From the NCBI GenBank assembly GCA_963663805.2, contig CAXXMR010000012.1, positions 320,001 through 384,000 on the forward strand: DNA of 64,000 bases. Direction: 5' to 3'. Shown here piece by piece: positions 48,278-57,432 of this stretch. This DNA comes from Sedimentisphaerales bacterium. GTDB lineage: Bacteria > Planctomycetota > Phycisphaerae > Sedimentisphaerales > SM23-30. Both the position numbers and the translations under genes were made by a program. Each line of letters opens with the position of its first letter. Positions within the stretch are counted from its first letter, which is position 1. Under the pieces are notes generated by a model that was not told where the DNA came from, searched no databases, and worked only from the letters and a program-made list of their open reading frames with translations.

Positions 48278-49921
48278 ATGGCAGTTGTAACTGAATATAT
48301 TATTTTGAATGATGAATTGCCACAGGCTGATTGTGGTTATGTGCGGAGCCTGCTGGAAAGCGGGTCAGTGGTGGGGGAAATTTTGCGAGTGGGTTTACGG
48401 CGGCAGGATGTCAGTTGTTATCTGCTGTTGCCTCGTGGATGGGATTTGGAAAATATTGATGATGATAGCAGGGTCGGTTATTATTCGGCTGATGGCGGTT
48501 TCGATTTTGGTAAAGCAGGTAGTGCGAATTCGGAAGGGTGGATATGTCTTTCTGATGGCCGTTATGTAGTCGATATGGATTATGAAAAGCTGGCGGGGGT
48601 GCTGGACAGGCTGGACGTCGATGTCGTTTGTGTGAACGTAGCGCCGGAGCTGGCGGCGTATCACGAGAAAATAAGACTTGATTCGCAGGGTGATGTGGCG
48701 GGTTTCCGACGGCTATACACTGACGAGTCGCGACGCTGTGCGGTGCCTAATAAACAACCTCATCGCACATATATAAAATCAACAGCCTGGCGGCAGTTGG
48801 CTGAGGACAGGATAATTCCTGTGGAGTACACCTTGCTTCAGAGGCGGTGCGGGGAGTCAGGTCTCTCTATGGCTGGGGTAGAAATGGCAGGGGCGATTCT
48901 GGATTTAGAAAGTGAAAAAGATTTACTGAGATTTTATCAGTGTTATTTGAAAAAACATATTAGTTCGCAGACAGTGGTAACCGGAGAAGGTGTTCAGATT
49001 GCCGATTCGGCTCGGTTGTTTGGTGCGGTTATTCTGGGCAGTAATGTAGTTGTAGAAAAAAACGTTATTCTGAGCGGGCCGGTTATGGTGGGAGATAACT
49101 GTCATATTGGTGCCGGTGCGGTAGTTTGTTCAGCGGTGTTGGGGACGGATGTGGATGTGCCGGCAGGAGGTCAGATTTCTCGTCGGGTAATTCTGAAACA
49201 TGATGATATTGACCGGATTAGCCAATCTCATTTTTTTCATGGAAACGCCGACTTGAATATTCGTTTCGGCCACGAAGAAGCTCATCGTTATCGCTGTTGG
49301 GCGAGATTTTCTTATGGGGGTATTTTCAAACGATTTGCGGATATTGTTTTCGCGTCAGTATTTCTTTTGCTGATGCTGCCTTTACTGCCGATAGTGGCTA
49401 TTCTGATAAAATTAGATTCACGGGGACCGGTGTTCTTTCGACACAAGCGTCAGGGGCGTCATGCCTGTGATTTCGGATGTGTAAAGCTACGGACGATGAT
49501 GGTGGGGGCCGACGATATTCAGGCCCGGCTGCGGAAAAAAAATGAAGTTGACGGGCCTCAGTTTAAGATAGATAATGACCCTCGGATATCCCGGTTGGGT
49601 GATTTCCTGCGGGAGACCTGTATCGATGAAATTCCGCAATTTTATAATGTTCTGGTTGGTCAGATGAGCGTAGTTGGTCCGCGGCCTTCGCCTGAGCAAG
49701 AAAACTCTTTATGCGCTCAGTGGCGTGATGGTCGTCTGTCGGTTCGGCCGGGAATAACGGGATTATGGCAGGTCTGCCGGACGCGTGAAGCCGGTCAGGA
49801 TTTTCAGGAATGGATTACCCACGACCTGAAATATGTGCGTAACTTATCATGGCAGCTTGATTTATGGATATGTTGGCGGACGTTTGTGCAACTGGTAACG
49901 AAATTTTTGCAGCAGTTTTAA
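48278..49921 (+). CDS. Priming sugar (phosphoglycosyl) transferase with N-terminal nucleotidyltransferase-like and LbH region
   Basis: KRFADI, KLRTM, DPRIS, IDEIPQFYNVLVGQMSVVGPRP, RPGITGLWQ; hexapeptide repeats upstream. Confidence 0.88.
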   Translation: MAVVTEYIILNDELPQADCGYVRSLLESGSVVGEILRVGLRRQDVSCYLLLPRGWDLENIDDDSRVGYYSADGGFDFGKAGSANSEGWICLSDGRYVVDMDYEKLAGVLDRLDVDVVCVNVAPELAAYHEKIRLDSQGDVAGFRRLYTDESRRCAVPNKQPHRTYIKSTAWRQLAEDRIIPVEYTLLQRRCGESGLSMAGVEMAGAILDLESEKDLLRFYQCYLKKHISSQTVVTGEGVQIADSARLFGAVILGSNVVVEKNVILSGPVMVGDNCHIGAGAVVCSAVLGTDVDVPAGGQISRRVILKHDDIDRISQSHFFHGNADLNIRFGHEEAHRYRCWARFSYGGIFKRFADIVFASVFLLLMLPLLPIVAILIKLDSRGPVFFRHKRQGRHACDFGCVKLRTMMVGADDIQARLRKKNEVDGPQFKIDNDPRISRLGDFLRETCIDEIPQFYNVLVGQMSVVGPRPSPEQENSLCAQWRDGRLSVRPGITGLWQVCRTREAGQDFQEWITHDLKYVRNLSWQLDLWICWRTFVQLVTKFLQQF

Positions 49922-49940
49922 TATTGTAAAAGGGAAACCC

Positions 49941-52900
49941 ATGGCAAAGAAGAGAATCAACTGGGCGATTATCCTGGTGGTATTGATTGGCATACTGGTT
50001 CTGGGGCTGACGGCTTATGGTGTGCGGAAATGGCAACGGAGCCGTTGGGCTGATGAAGGTTTGACTTTAGGGACCAGGGCTTTTGAGGAAAAGAACTGGT
50101 CGGAAGCGGCGGCGCAGTTTGGTCGTTATCTGGCTCGGGAGCAGGAAGACATTGATATTCTGATGAAGTATGCCGAGGCGCAATTGAAGATTCGTCCGCC
50201 CAAACAAAATAACATTCAGCAGGCTACTCAGGCGTATCGCAATATTCTGCGTTTGGATAAAGGCAATGTCGAGGCTGTTAAGCAGCTTTGCCAGTTGTAT
50301 CTGATGCTGAAGGCGCCGGGCGAGGCGGAACTGATTGTACGTGAAGCATTGGGAAGCAATCCTGATATTGAAAATCAGCGGCAGTTGGTAGCGGCTTTGG
50401 TAGCTCAACGCAAATATGAGGAAGTCACGGCGGAACTGAGCAAGATAATGGCTGGTGATGACAAGCCAGTGTGGGCTTATGAGTTGACAGCTCAACTGGC
50501 TGACGCTCACAAAGAATTTTTCCCGGAGGATGAAACCGCAGAATACTGGATGAGCAAAATGTTTGAGCAGCATCCGAATTCCGCCGACGCGTACCTGGCA
50601 CGAGCGATGTATTATGTCAAGTATCGTGAAAACGAAAAAGCCCGTGCGGATTTGGATAAGGCCCGTAACCTGGTCCCTGATACGCAGGAATCGAAAATGC
50701 GGCTGGCGGAAAGTTATTTTATCCTGAACGATATGCCGGCTGGGGTTGAGGTTTTGGAGGAGATTAAAGCCGCGAACGCTGATTCTCATGCCTTGTGGCG
50801 TGATTTGTTGATGGCGGCCAGAAAAACCGGTTCTGACGAAAAAGTATATCAGACTATTGAGGATGCTCTGGCGAGTCTTTCGTCATCAAATCGATGGGAT
50901 TTTCTGCCGACGGCGATTGATAATTTGATTCAGCTGAAAAAAGTGGAGCGGGCATCTGAATGTCTTGAAGATATTCGCAAGGCCGAGGTTTTGCCGGGAC
51001 GTGTTGCTTTGTGGGACGGCCTGATTGCTCAGAGCAAGGGAGATAACTATAGAGCCATTGCCTCTCTGCAGAGGGCGCTGGAGTTAGGGGAGAGGTCGCC
51101 GCAGCTTCGTTTGATGCTGGCAGAGTGTTTAGATAAATCAGGGGACAGGCTGTCGGCGCAACGTTGTCTGGAGCTTTTGATTGCCGATCAGCCAAACTCG
51201 GCAGAGGCTCATTATCAATTGGGGCGGATGCTACTGAGAAATCACCTGTTTTCTCAAGCCTTGAATCATGGTGTTCGTGCTGAAGAAATAGCTTCTTCCA
51301 GTCGGAACACGCTGCTTATTTTGCAGTCCCGGATGCTGGAGCTTATAAGCCAGAAGACGGACCGAAATTCGCAGGCATGGCAGGCACTGGAGGCGGATGT
51401 TGATAAGGCTGTGAAATCGATGAAAGATTCGGCGTCTTTAAAGCGTTTGCAGTTGCAGATGGCCTTGCAGCAGGAGAAATACGACCAGGCCGAAAGTGTT
51501 CTGGCGGAACTGAAAACGCTGCATGATGATGAAGCAGCCGTCGCGGGAGATGAAGTGGTTGTGCTGGTGGCGAAAAAGGAATTTGGCCGGGCTGAAATAA
51601 AATTGCAGGAGATGATAAAAGATAATCCTGATTCCGTGTCCCAGGTAATGAGCCTTGTGAATCTTTATGCTATGGATGATGATAAGGCTGAATGCGAAAA
51701 GTTGCTGTCGGATACTATCGAGCGGTTGGAAGGTTCTTCGGTACAGCGGGATGTGGGGCTGACGCTGGCGGGATTGTACCGTACGTGGCAGCAGCCGGAA
51801 AAATCTTATGAATTACTGACGAGTTTGTCCGAGGCGATGCCAAATGATATTCCCCTGAAACGTGAACTGCTGAACGCCGAAGAAGTGCAGGCAGATAAAC
51901 AGCAGGCTCAGAAGATTATTGATGAGATTAAATCAATTGAGGGTGAAGACGGTTGGCAGTGGCGTTATGAACAGGCGCGATTGTGGATGGGTGGTTCGGA
52001 TAAAGACTTCAATGAGAATTATCAGTTGTTATCAACTCTGCTGAAGGAGAATATGACGGCAAATCCGTCGGACCAGGGCAGTCGTCTTTTGCTGGCTTCG
52101 GCTTATGAGCGGGCGGGGGAATTGCAAATGTCGGCATCGACGTGTCGTGAGGCCTTGACTTACGCCCCGAATGATCTGGCGATTATGGTGATGACGATTC
52201 GGGCACTTAGCCGGGCCGGTAATGTCGATGAGGCGGATATGATTATGGACCGGGCGGCCAGACTTAATCCAAATCATCCTGATGTGTCTCGACTGATGCT
52301 GCAAAGGCATTATCGTAAAGGCGAGTTCAGCGACGCGGAAAAGATTCTGGAAGCTTTTCTGAAAGATAATCCTTCGGATATTGCCAATCGTTTGGCTCTG
52401 GCACGGGTAAAGTCGCAGGAGAGCAAATATGAAGACGCTAAGGTGATTCTGGACGCTTTGCGTAATGAAAAGCCGGACTCATTGGAAATCGCGGTGGCGT
52501 CAATTGAACTCAACGTGAACCTGGGCGATAAGGAGCGAGCTTTGCAGCAATGTGACGAGCTGCTTAATAAGGATAATTCAATCGGAGCGGCTATGGCTTG
52601 TGCGAATGTTTATAACTATCTGGGCCAAGGTGACAAGGCATTAGCGGCGTGGGACCGGGCTGGTAAGGCGGCTCCTGAGAATCCACTAATCATGCTGCGT
52701 AAGCATGATTATTATCGGGACCACAATCAAATGGAAAACGCGGTAGCTGCAATTGAAAACGCGTTGAATCTGGCACCGGATAATCTTGATATTATCAAAC
52801 GGGCCGTGATTACGTTCCTGCAATCCGGCAAGGCCGACCAGGTGGAGAAAGGCAAGGCTTTGCTGGAGCAGGCTCTGGCGAACAGTCCTAAGGATGTTGA

Positions 52901-54122
52901 CCTGCGTTTGCAGAAAGTGGCAATATTATTGAATGATGGCGCCAGGCCGGCACGCGAACAGGCTCGCTCATTATTACAGCAGATTACCGAGGACAGTGCC
53001 AGAGATGTGCGGGCGTGGATACAGTTGGCGAGGTTGTATTATGAACAGGAAAACTATTCGCAGGCGGTCAACTGGGCGTTTCAGGGGCTTGTACATGTTC
53101 CTGACAACAAGGATCTACTTTTGCTGAAAGCACGGGCGGAATCTGTGACTTCACCAAGTATGGCGGTTGCTACAGTTCATACGCTGCTGGATAAGCATAG
53201 CAAAGATTTGGAAGTGATACTGGCGGCAAATGAATTGCTGATAGCGGCCGGTAAGGCAGATGAGGCCGTCAAGACGTTGCGGGATTTTCAGGCTTCAAGA
53301 ACCGACCTGACTGAGCCCGGCAAAAACAGAGTGACATTGGCTGCGGCTTTGGCGGATTACCGGGCGGGTAACAAGGAAGCTGCGTTGCAGATACTGAAAA
53401 AATTCCAGCAGGAATCGCCTCAAGACCCAAGGCCGGTGCTGGCTCAGATAAATCTTATGAAAGACGATAAGCGGCTGGCTGAGATACGCGAACTGATAAA
53501 AAAATGGCAAGAGCGGAATCCCAAGGATTTCGCTACGCCTATGCTTGCGGTGGAAGAACTAATCAACAGCGGTGATATTAAGGCCGTGGAGGTTTGTGAG
53601 GAAATTCTGGATTCGCTCCATAAGGTCGCTCCTGATAATACCATGGTGATGTTTTATCAGGCCATGCTCATGCAGAAACTGGGTGAGGATAAGCAGGCTG
53701 CTGATAAGTATGAGAAGCTGCTGCAAGCCAATCCCAATGACGCTATCGCAATCAATAATCTGTCGTGGATTTTATGTGAAAATCAGCATGAGTATGACCG
53801 GGCTTTGACGCTGGCCCAGCGAGGTTTGGAAATCGCTCCGGATTATTTAGACCTGGTGGATACCTGCGGGATGATTTATTATCGCATGGGTAAACTTGAC
53901 CAGGCGATCGAAAAGTTCCAGAGGTGCGTCGATCTTTATCCTGAAAACAGCCCCTCTCTGGTTGGCTCATATTATCATCTAGGGCGAACTCAGGCAGATA
54001 AAGGACTGAACGCTGCGGCGACAAATCTTAAACAGGCATTGACTCTAAATCAGCAAAGCAATGGGTTGTCGGCAGCTGAGGTTTCGGAAATTCAGGAATT
54101 GTTATCTAAACTTTCGCAGTAG
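49941..54122 (+). CDS. Large TPR-repeat protein with N-terminal TM (PrsT-like)
   Basis: Helical repeats throughout; AINNLSWIL, DTCGMIYYRMG, YYHLG; context in an exosortase locus. Confidence 0.85.
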   Translation: MAKKRINWAIILVVLIGILVLGLTAYGVRKWQRSRWADEGLTLGTRAFEEKNWSEAAAQFGRYLAREQEDIDILMKYAEAQLKIRPPKQNNIQQATQAYRNILRLDKGNVEAVKQLCQLYLMLKAPGEAELIVREALGSNPDIENQRQLVAALVAQRKYEEVTAELSKIMAGDDKPVWAYELTAQLADAHKEFFPEDETAEYWMSKMFEQHPNSADAYLARAMYYVKYRENEKARADLDKARNLVPDTQESKMRLAESYFILNDMPAGVEVLEEIKAANADSHALWRDLLMAARKTGSDEKVYQTIEDALASLSSSNRWDFLPTAIDNLIQLKKVERASECLEDIRKAEVLPGRVALWDGLIAQSKGDNYRAIASLQRALELGERSPQLRLMLAECLDKSGDRLSAQRCLELLIADQPNSAEAHYQLGRMLLRNHLFSQALNHGVRAEEIASSSRNTLLILQSRMLELISQKTDRNSQAWQALEADVDKAVKSMKDSASLKRLQLQMALQQEKYDQAESVLAELKTLHDDEAAVAGDEVVVLVAKKEFGRAEIKLQEMIKDNPDSVSQVMSLVNLYAMDDDKAECEKLLSDTIERLEGSSVQRDVGLTLAGLYRTWQQPEKSYELLTSLSEAMPNDIPLKRELLNAEEVQADKQQAQKIIDEIKSIEGEDGWQWRYEQARLWMGGSDKDFNENYQLLSTLLKENMTANPSDQGSRLLLASAYERAGELQMSASTCREALTYAPNDLAIMVMTIRALSRAGNVDEADMIMDRAARLNPNHPDVSRLMLQRHYRKGEFSDAEKILEAFLKDNPSDIANRLALARVKSQESKYEDAKVILDALRNEKPDSLEIAVASIELNVNLGDKERALQQCDELLNKDNSIGAAMACANVYNYLGQGDKALAAWDRAGKAAPENPLIMLRKHDYYRDHNQMENAVAAIENALNLAPDNLDIIKRAVITFLQSGKADQVEKGKALLEQALANSPKDVDLRLQKVAILLNDGARPAREQARSLLQQITEDSARDVRAWIQLARLYYEQENYSQAVNWAFQGLVHVPDNKDLLLLKARAESVTSPSMAVATVHTLLDKHSKDLEVILAANELLIAAGKADEAVKTLRDFQASRTDLTEPGKNRVTLAAALADYRAGNKEAALQILKKFQQESPQDPRPVLAQINLMKDDKRLAEIRELIKKWQERNPKDFATPMLAVEELINSGDIKAVEVCEEILDSLHKVAPDNTMVMFYQAMLMQKLGEDKQAADKYEKLLQANPNDAIAINNLSWILCENQHEYDRALTLAQRGLEIAPDYLDLVDTCGMIYYRMGKLDQAIEKFQRCVDLYPENSPSLVGSYYHLGRTQADKGLNAAATNLKQALTLNQQSNGLSAAEVSEIQELLSKLSQ

Positions 54123-54330
54123 GCAGGGGGAACCATGTTTTCACCGAGCAGGCCGGAGGTCCGATAATTCGTGAGTGGATGTCGATATTTGTATCTGTTG
54201 CTGATTGTTAGTATGGAGAAATAAAAAGTCTGTTAGAAAATGGTATTTCGGCAAAGTTCTGTCCTTCAATAAGACGAAATAGATAATGTGAGTTTATGAG
54301 TTAGCATGCGGACATTGCAGGGAGCTTTCC

Positions 54331-54990
54331 ATGTTCGAGAGAGACAGGCTTAATTTGAGAAGTATTGTTGGATTTATAATGATAATGGTCCCGACGATGC
54401 TGACAGGTGTTTGGGGTTTGAATTTGATAAGTGTTTCGTTGGCTGCTTTGTCGGCGGGTCTGGTATGCTTTGGTGTTCTTGCCCCGAACATTCGCCGTCG
54501 GTTTAGTTTGCGTGACCGGCAGATGTTCGCCCAGGCGGGTGGTTGGGGTTCGCAGGGATTTGTGCGGGGAATGAATCCTCAAAATCTCCAGAGTGAACTG
54601 GGAAAAATTTTACCTGTCGATAATTATCAGGCCGCATTTCCACCAAGTCGGGAAACCAAAGCTGTGGTGAAAATTCTGGATAAAGTTTCGATGCAGACGA
54701 ATCTGTTTGTTATGAATCAGGCGGTTGAAGCCTCACAAAACGATATCGGGTTTAAGGGTTTGAATGAAAAGCAGATGGCCCGGCAAAGTGAGCAAATTAA
54801 CAACGCGGTTTTTCAACTTGTGAAGTTGATTAATGGTGAGCAGCCTGTCGAAAGTTCAGGGCTTTCCGCCACCGACGAGCTGTTCCACACTATCGCGGAT
54901 GGCAAACAAACCAAGGGGCAGGAACGCTATGCCGCGGACGATGAGCAAGAGGTCGAGGACGAAATTGTCTATCATCACGATGCGGAATAG
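54331..54990 (+). CDS. Hypothetical membrane protein with degenerate MCP hairpin-tip segment
   Basis: 2 N-terminal TM; KILDKVSMQTNLFVMNQAVEA. Confidence 0.6.
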   Translation: MFERDRLNLRSIVGFIMIMVPTMLTGVWGLNLISVSLAALSAGLVCFGVLAPNIRRRFSLRDRQMFAQAGGWGSQGFVRGMNPQNLQSELGKILPVDNYQAAFPPSRETKAVVKILDKVSMQTNLFVMNQAVEASQNDIGFKGLNEKQMARQSEQINNAVFQLVKLINGEQPVESSGLSATDELFHTIADGKQTKGQERYAADDEQEVEDEIVYHHDAE

Positions 54991-55535
54991 AGGGGCAGAT
55001 TTTCCGGGGGCATTTCGCTGAGCCGGGGGTTTTGGCGGTCTTTATCGGAGAGTAAGGGGGCAGATATGCTCCAGTCAATGGCCAGGGCTTCGTCTTCCCA
55101 AAGTAGACCGTAATCATCGCCGGGGGTATACACATCTGTACATTTATAAATCACATCGGCGGTTTCGCTGAGGACGCAGAATCCATGCGCGAAGCCTTCG
55201 GGAACGTAGAGCTGTTTATGATTTTCCTCGGAAAGCAACACGCTTACCCAGCGGCCAAAAGTGGCAGAGCCGCGACGTATGTCAACAGCAACATCAAGGA
55301 TTTCGCCGCGAACAGCGTAGACCAGTTTGCCCTGAGGATGTTTTAGCTGATAATGCAGGCCGCGCAAGGTTCCCCGGCAGGAGCGAGAATGATTGTCCTG
55401 TACAAAGTTGAGGTTAAGGCCGGCTTGGTCGAAACGGTTCTGGTTAAACGTTTCCAGGAAAAAGCCTCGATTGTCAGAAAAGAGCCGGGGTTCGATCAGG
55501 ATAACGCCCGGCAGACTTGTTGTGCTGATGTTCAT
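54975..55535 (-). CDS. rmlC: dTDP-4-dehydrorhamnose 3,5-epimerase
   Basis: DNRGFFLE, FVQDNHSRS, LRGLHYQ, QGKLV, GFAHGF. Confidence 0.97.
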   Translation of the reverse strand: MNISTTSLPGVILIEPRLFSDNRGFFLETFNQNRFDQAGLNLNFVQDNHSRSCRGTLRGLHYQLKHPQGKLVYAVRGEILDVAVDIRRGSATFGRWVSVLLSEENHKQLYVPEGFAHGFCVLSETADVIYKCTDVYTPGDDYGLLWEDEALAIDWSISAPLLSDKDRQNPRLSEMPPENLPLYSAS

Positions 55536-55848
55536 ATTGTCCTCGTGCGTGCTGTGGTTCCGATAACTAACAATAACCATATTATGGCACATTTGCTGAC
55601 TCTGGGCCATTATATCTAATATTATAGCAAATGCCCACTCGGAGAAAAATCAGTTTTTTGTTCCTGATACGATTTTCTTGACCCTGATGAAAACAGGAGT
55701 TATATTAAATAATCGAAATCAGCGTTCGTGTCTGATTATCGGAACCTGGCTTGATTCTATGCCAAAGAACCTGGGCCAGTGTGCCGATAAATAGTCTGTG
55801 GATTTTGATAAAATCCCTTTGAGCGATAATCTTACACAGGAGATAGCT

Positions 55849-56595
55849 ATGAGGTCTTTGCATAAGTTTCGTTTTCAGGTTTGTGTGACTTTGCTGGCTG
55901 CGGGTCTAGTTTTTGTAAGTGGCTGCCAGAGCATTCCCGATGACATCGCCTCTTTTACGACCCCTTATCAGGTGCCTGCCAATAGCGAAACTTACATTCT
56001 CCACCCGCCGGACGGAGTGGAAATTTTCTGCGCGAAGATTCCCGAAATCAATCTTCAGATCCAGAGTATCAGACCCGATGGCAAGATAACTCTGGAAGGC
56101 CTGGGCGAACTGGAAGTAGCGGGCAAGACACCGGCCCAGGTTTCCCAGCTTATCCGCGAGAAGGCTTCCAAGCTATATGCCCTGCAGGGAGATTATCCTA
56201 TCGATGTACGTGTCAATCCGATGCTGAGTAAAGTTTATTATGTGCTGGGTGAGGTACGTCAACCCGGCCCACGCCCTTATACCGGTTATGACACGGTACT
56301 AAAAGCTGTATCCGAGGCGCGTCCGGAAGTTACCGGTTGGCTGGAACATATTCGAGTAATTCGCCCTTCGGGCCAGGAAGGCATAGAGCCAAAACTGTTC
56401 GAAATGGATTTGAAGTATATTCTCAATACCGGGGACTCAACTCGTAACGTGCTGCTTGAAGAAGGTGATATTGTTTATGTTCCGCCAACACCGCTGGCTG
56501 CGGTTGCGATGGTGGTTGAGGAATTGGCTCGTCCCATTGGTCGGGCCATGGCGCCGGTCTCATCTTATTACTATATCAGTAACATAAGCCAGTAA
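55849..56595 (+). CDS. wza: Polysaccharide export lipoprotein (Wza/Poly_export + SLBB)
   Basis: Lipobox FVSGC; YILHPPD, IRPDGKI, GKT, YVLGEV..PG, GDIVYVP; AGGAG SD. Confidence 0.85.
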   Translation: MRSLHKFRFQVCVTLLAAGLVFVSGCQSIPDDIASFTTPYQVPANSETYILHPPDGVEIFCAKIPEINLQIQSIRPDGKITLEGLGELEVAGKTPAQVSQLIREKASKLYALQGDYPIDVRVNPMLSKVYYVLGEVRQPGPRPYTGYDTVLKAVSEARPEVTGWLEHIRVIRPSGQEGIEPKLFEMDLKYILNTGDSTRNVLLEEGDIVYVPPTPLAAVAMVVEELARPIGRAMAPVSSYYYISNISQ

Positions 56596-56613
56596 AAGCC
56601 TGAAGGAATAGAA

Positions 56614-57432
56614 TTGTTGACCCATAAACCGTTAAAATATATCCAGCTGTTCAGCACCTTATGGATAGTGTGTTGTGTTGCGCTGGGGACGGGCTTTGCC
56701 ATGCGGCAGGCGGGCATGGGCTGGTGGGCGATTTTTTCCACATCAAGCTACACAATTTTACTTAGCATTATTGTTCTGGTAATTTATGCCTTCGCAATTT
56801 ACCGGGGAGCTGCTCGCGGACAGGAACCGGTCCAGGAACACCCCCTAACCAGTACTCTGGCTTATATGCTGCTTTATTCCGCTAGTCCGCTGCTGGGTGC
56901 TTTGGCGGGGCTTTGGGCAGCTTTGGGTTTGAAGGAGCCTTTGAGGTTTGGCATTACGGTTATTGTGGGAACGCTGGGGATGACGTTTTTTGTCTGGGTG
57001 ATTGTTGACCCGGCATTGGGATTTGTCGAACTGCTTATGCCAGGCTGTCGGAAGCATCGCCGCGAAAGACTGGAACGTAAGCGGCAGGTTCGCAGGCAGG
57101 TTGAACAGAAACAACGTGAATTGCTGAATTTGCTGGAAGCTCAGGAACTGGAAGAAAGAAAAGAACATCAGGAACTTTTGGCTGATGACGCAGCCAAATT
57201 AGCCAAACTTGTTCAGGAAAAGAATCTTAATCCTGAAACTCAAGTTGAGCAGCAGGCGATAGACATTGGAGTAAAGGCCTGGCAGATGGGCGGACATATT
57301 TGTATGACCGAACTGCATAAAAAAGCCTTGGAATATTGCCGGCATGACGATGGCAATCACGTTGATTACATCTCAATCTGGTGGGATGGTATCGGTCAAT
57401 GGCGGAGTACCTGCCTTACGGTGGGTCACTGA
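56614..57432 (+). CDS. Hypothetical membrane protein (4 TM + charged coiled coil)
   Basis: Long ORF downstream of wza; C-terminal WWDGIGQW. Confidence 0.65.
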   Translation: MLTHKPLKYIQLFSTLWIVCCVALGTGFAMRQAGMGWWAIFSTSSYTILLSIIVLVIYAFAIYRGAARGQEPVQEHPLTSTLAYMLLYSASPLLGALAGLWAALGLKEPLRFGITVIVGTLGMTFFVWVIVDPALGFVELLMPGCRKHRRERLERKRQVRRQVEQKQRELLNLLEAQELEERKEHQELLADDAAKLAKLVQEKNLNPETQVEQQAIDIGVKAWQMGGHICMTELHKKALEYCRHDDGNHVDYISIWWDGIGQWRSTCLTVGH

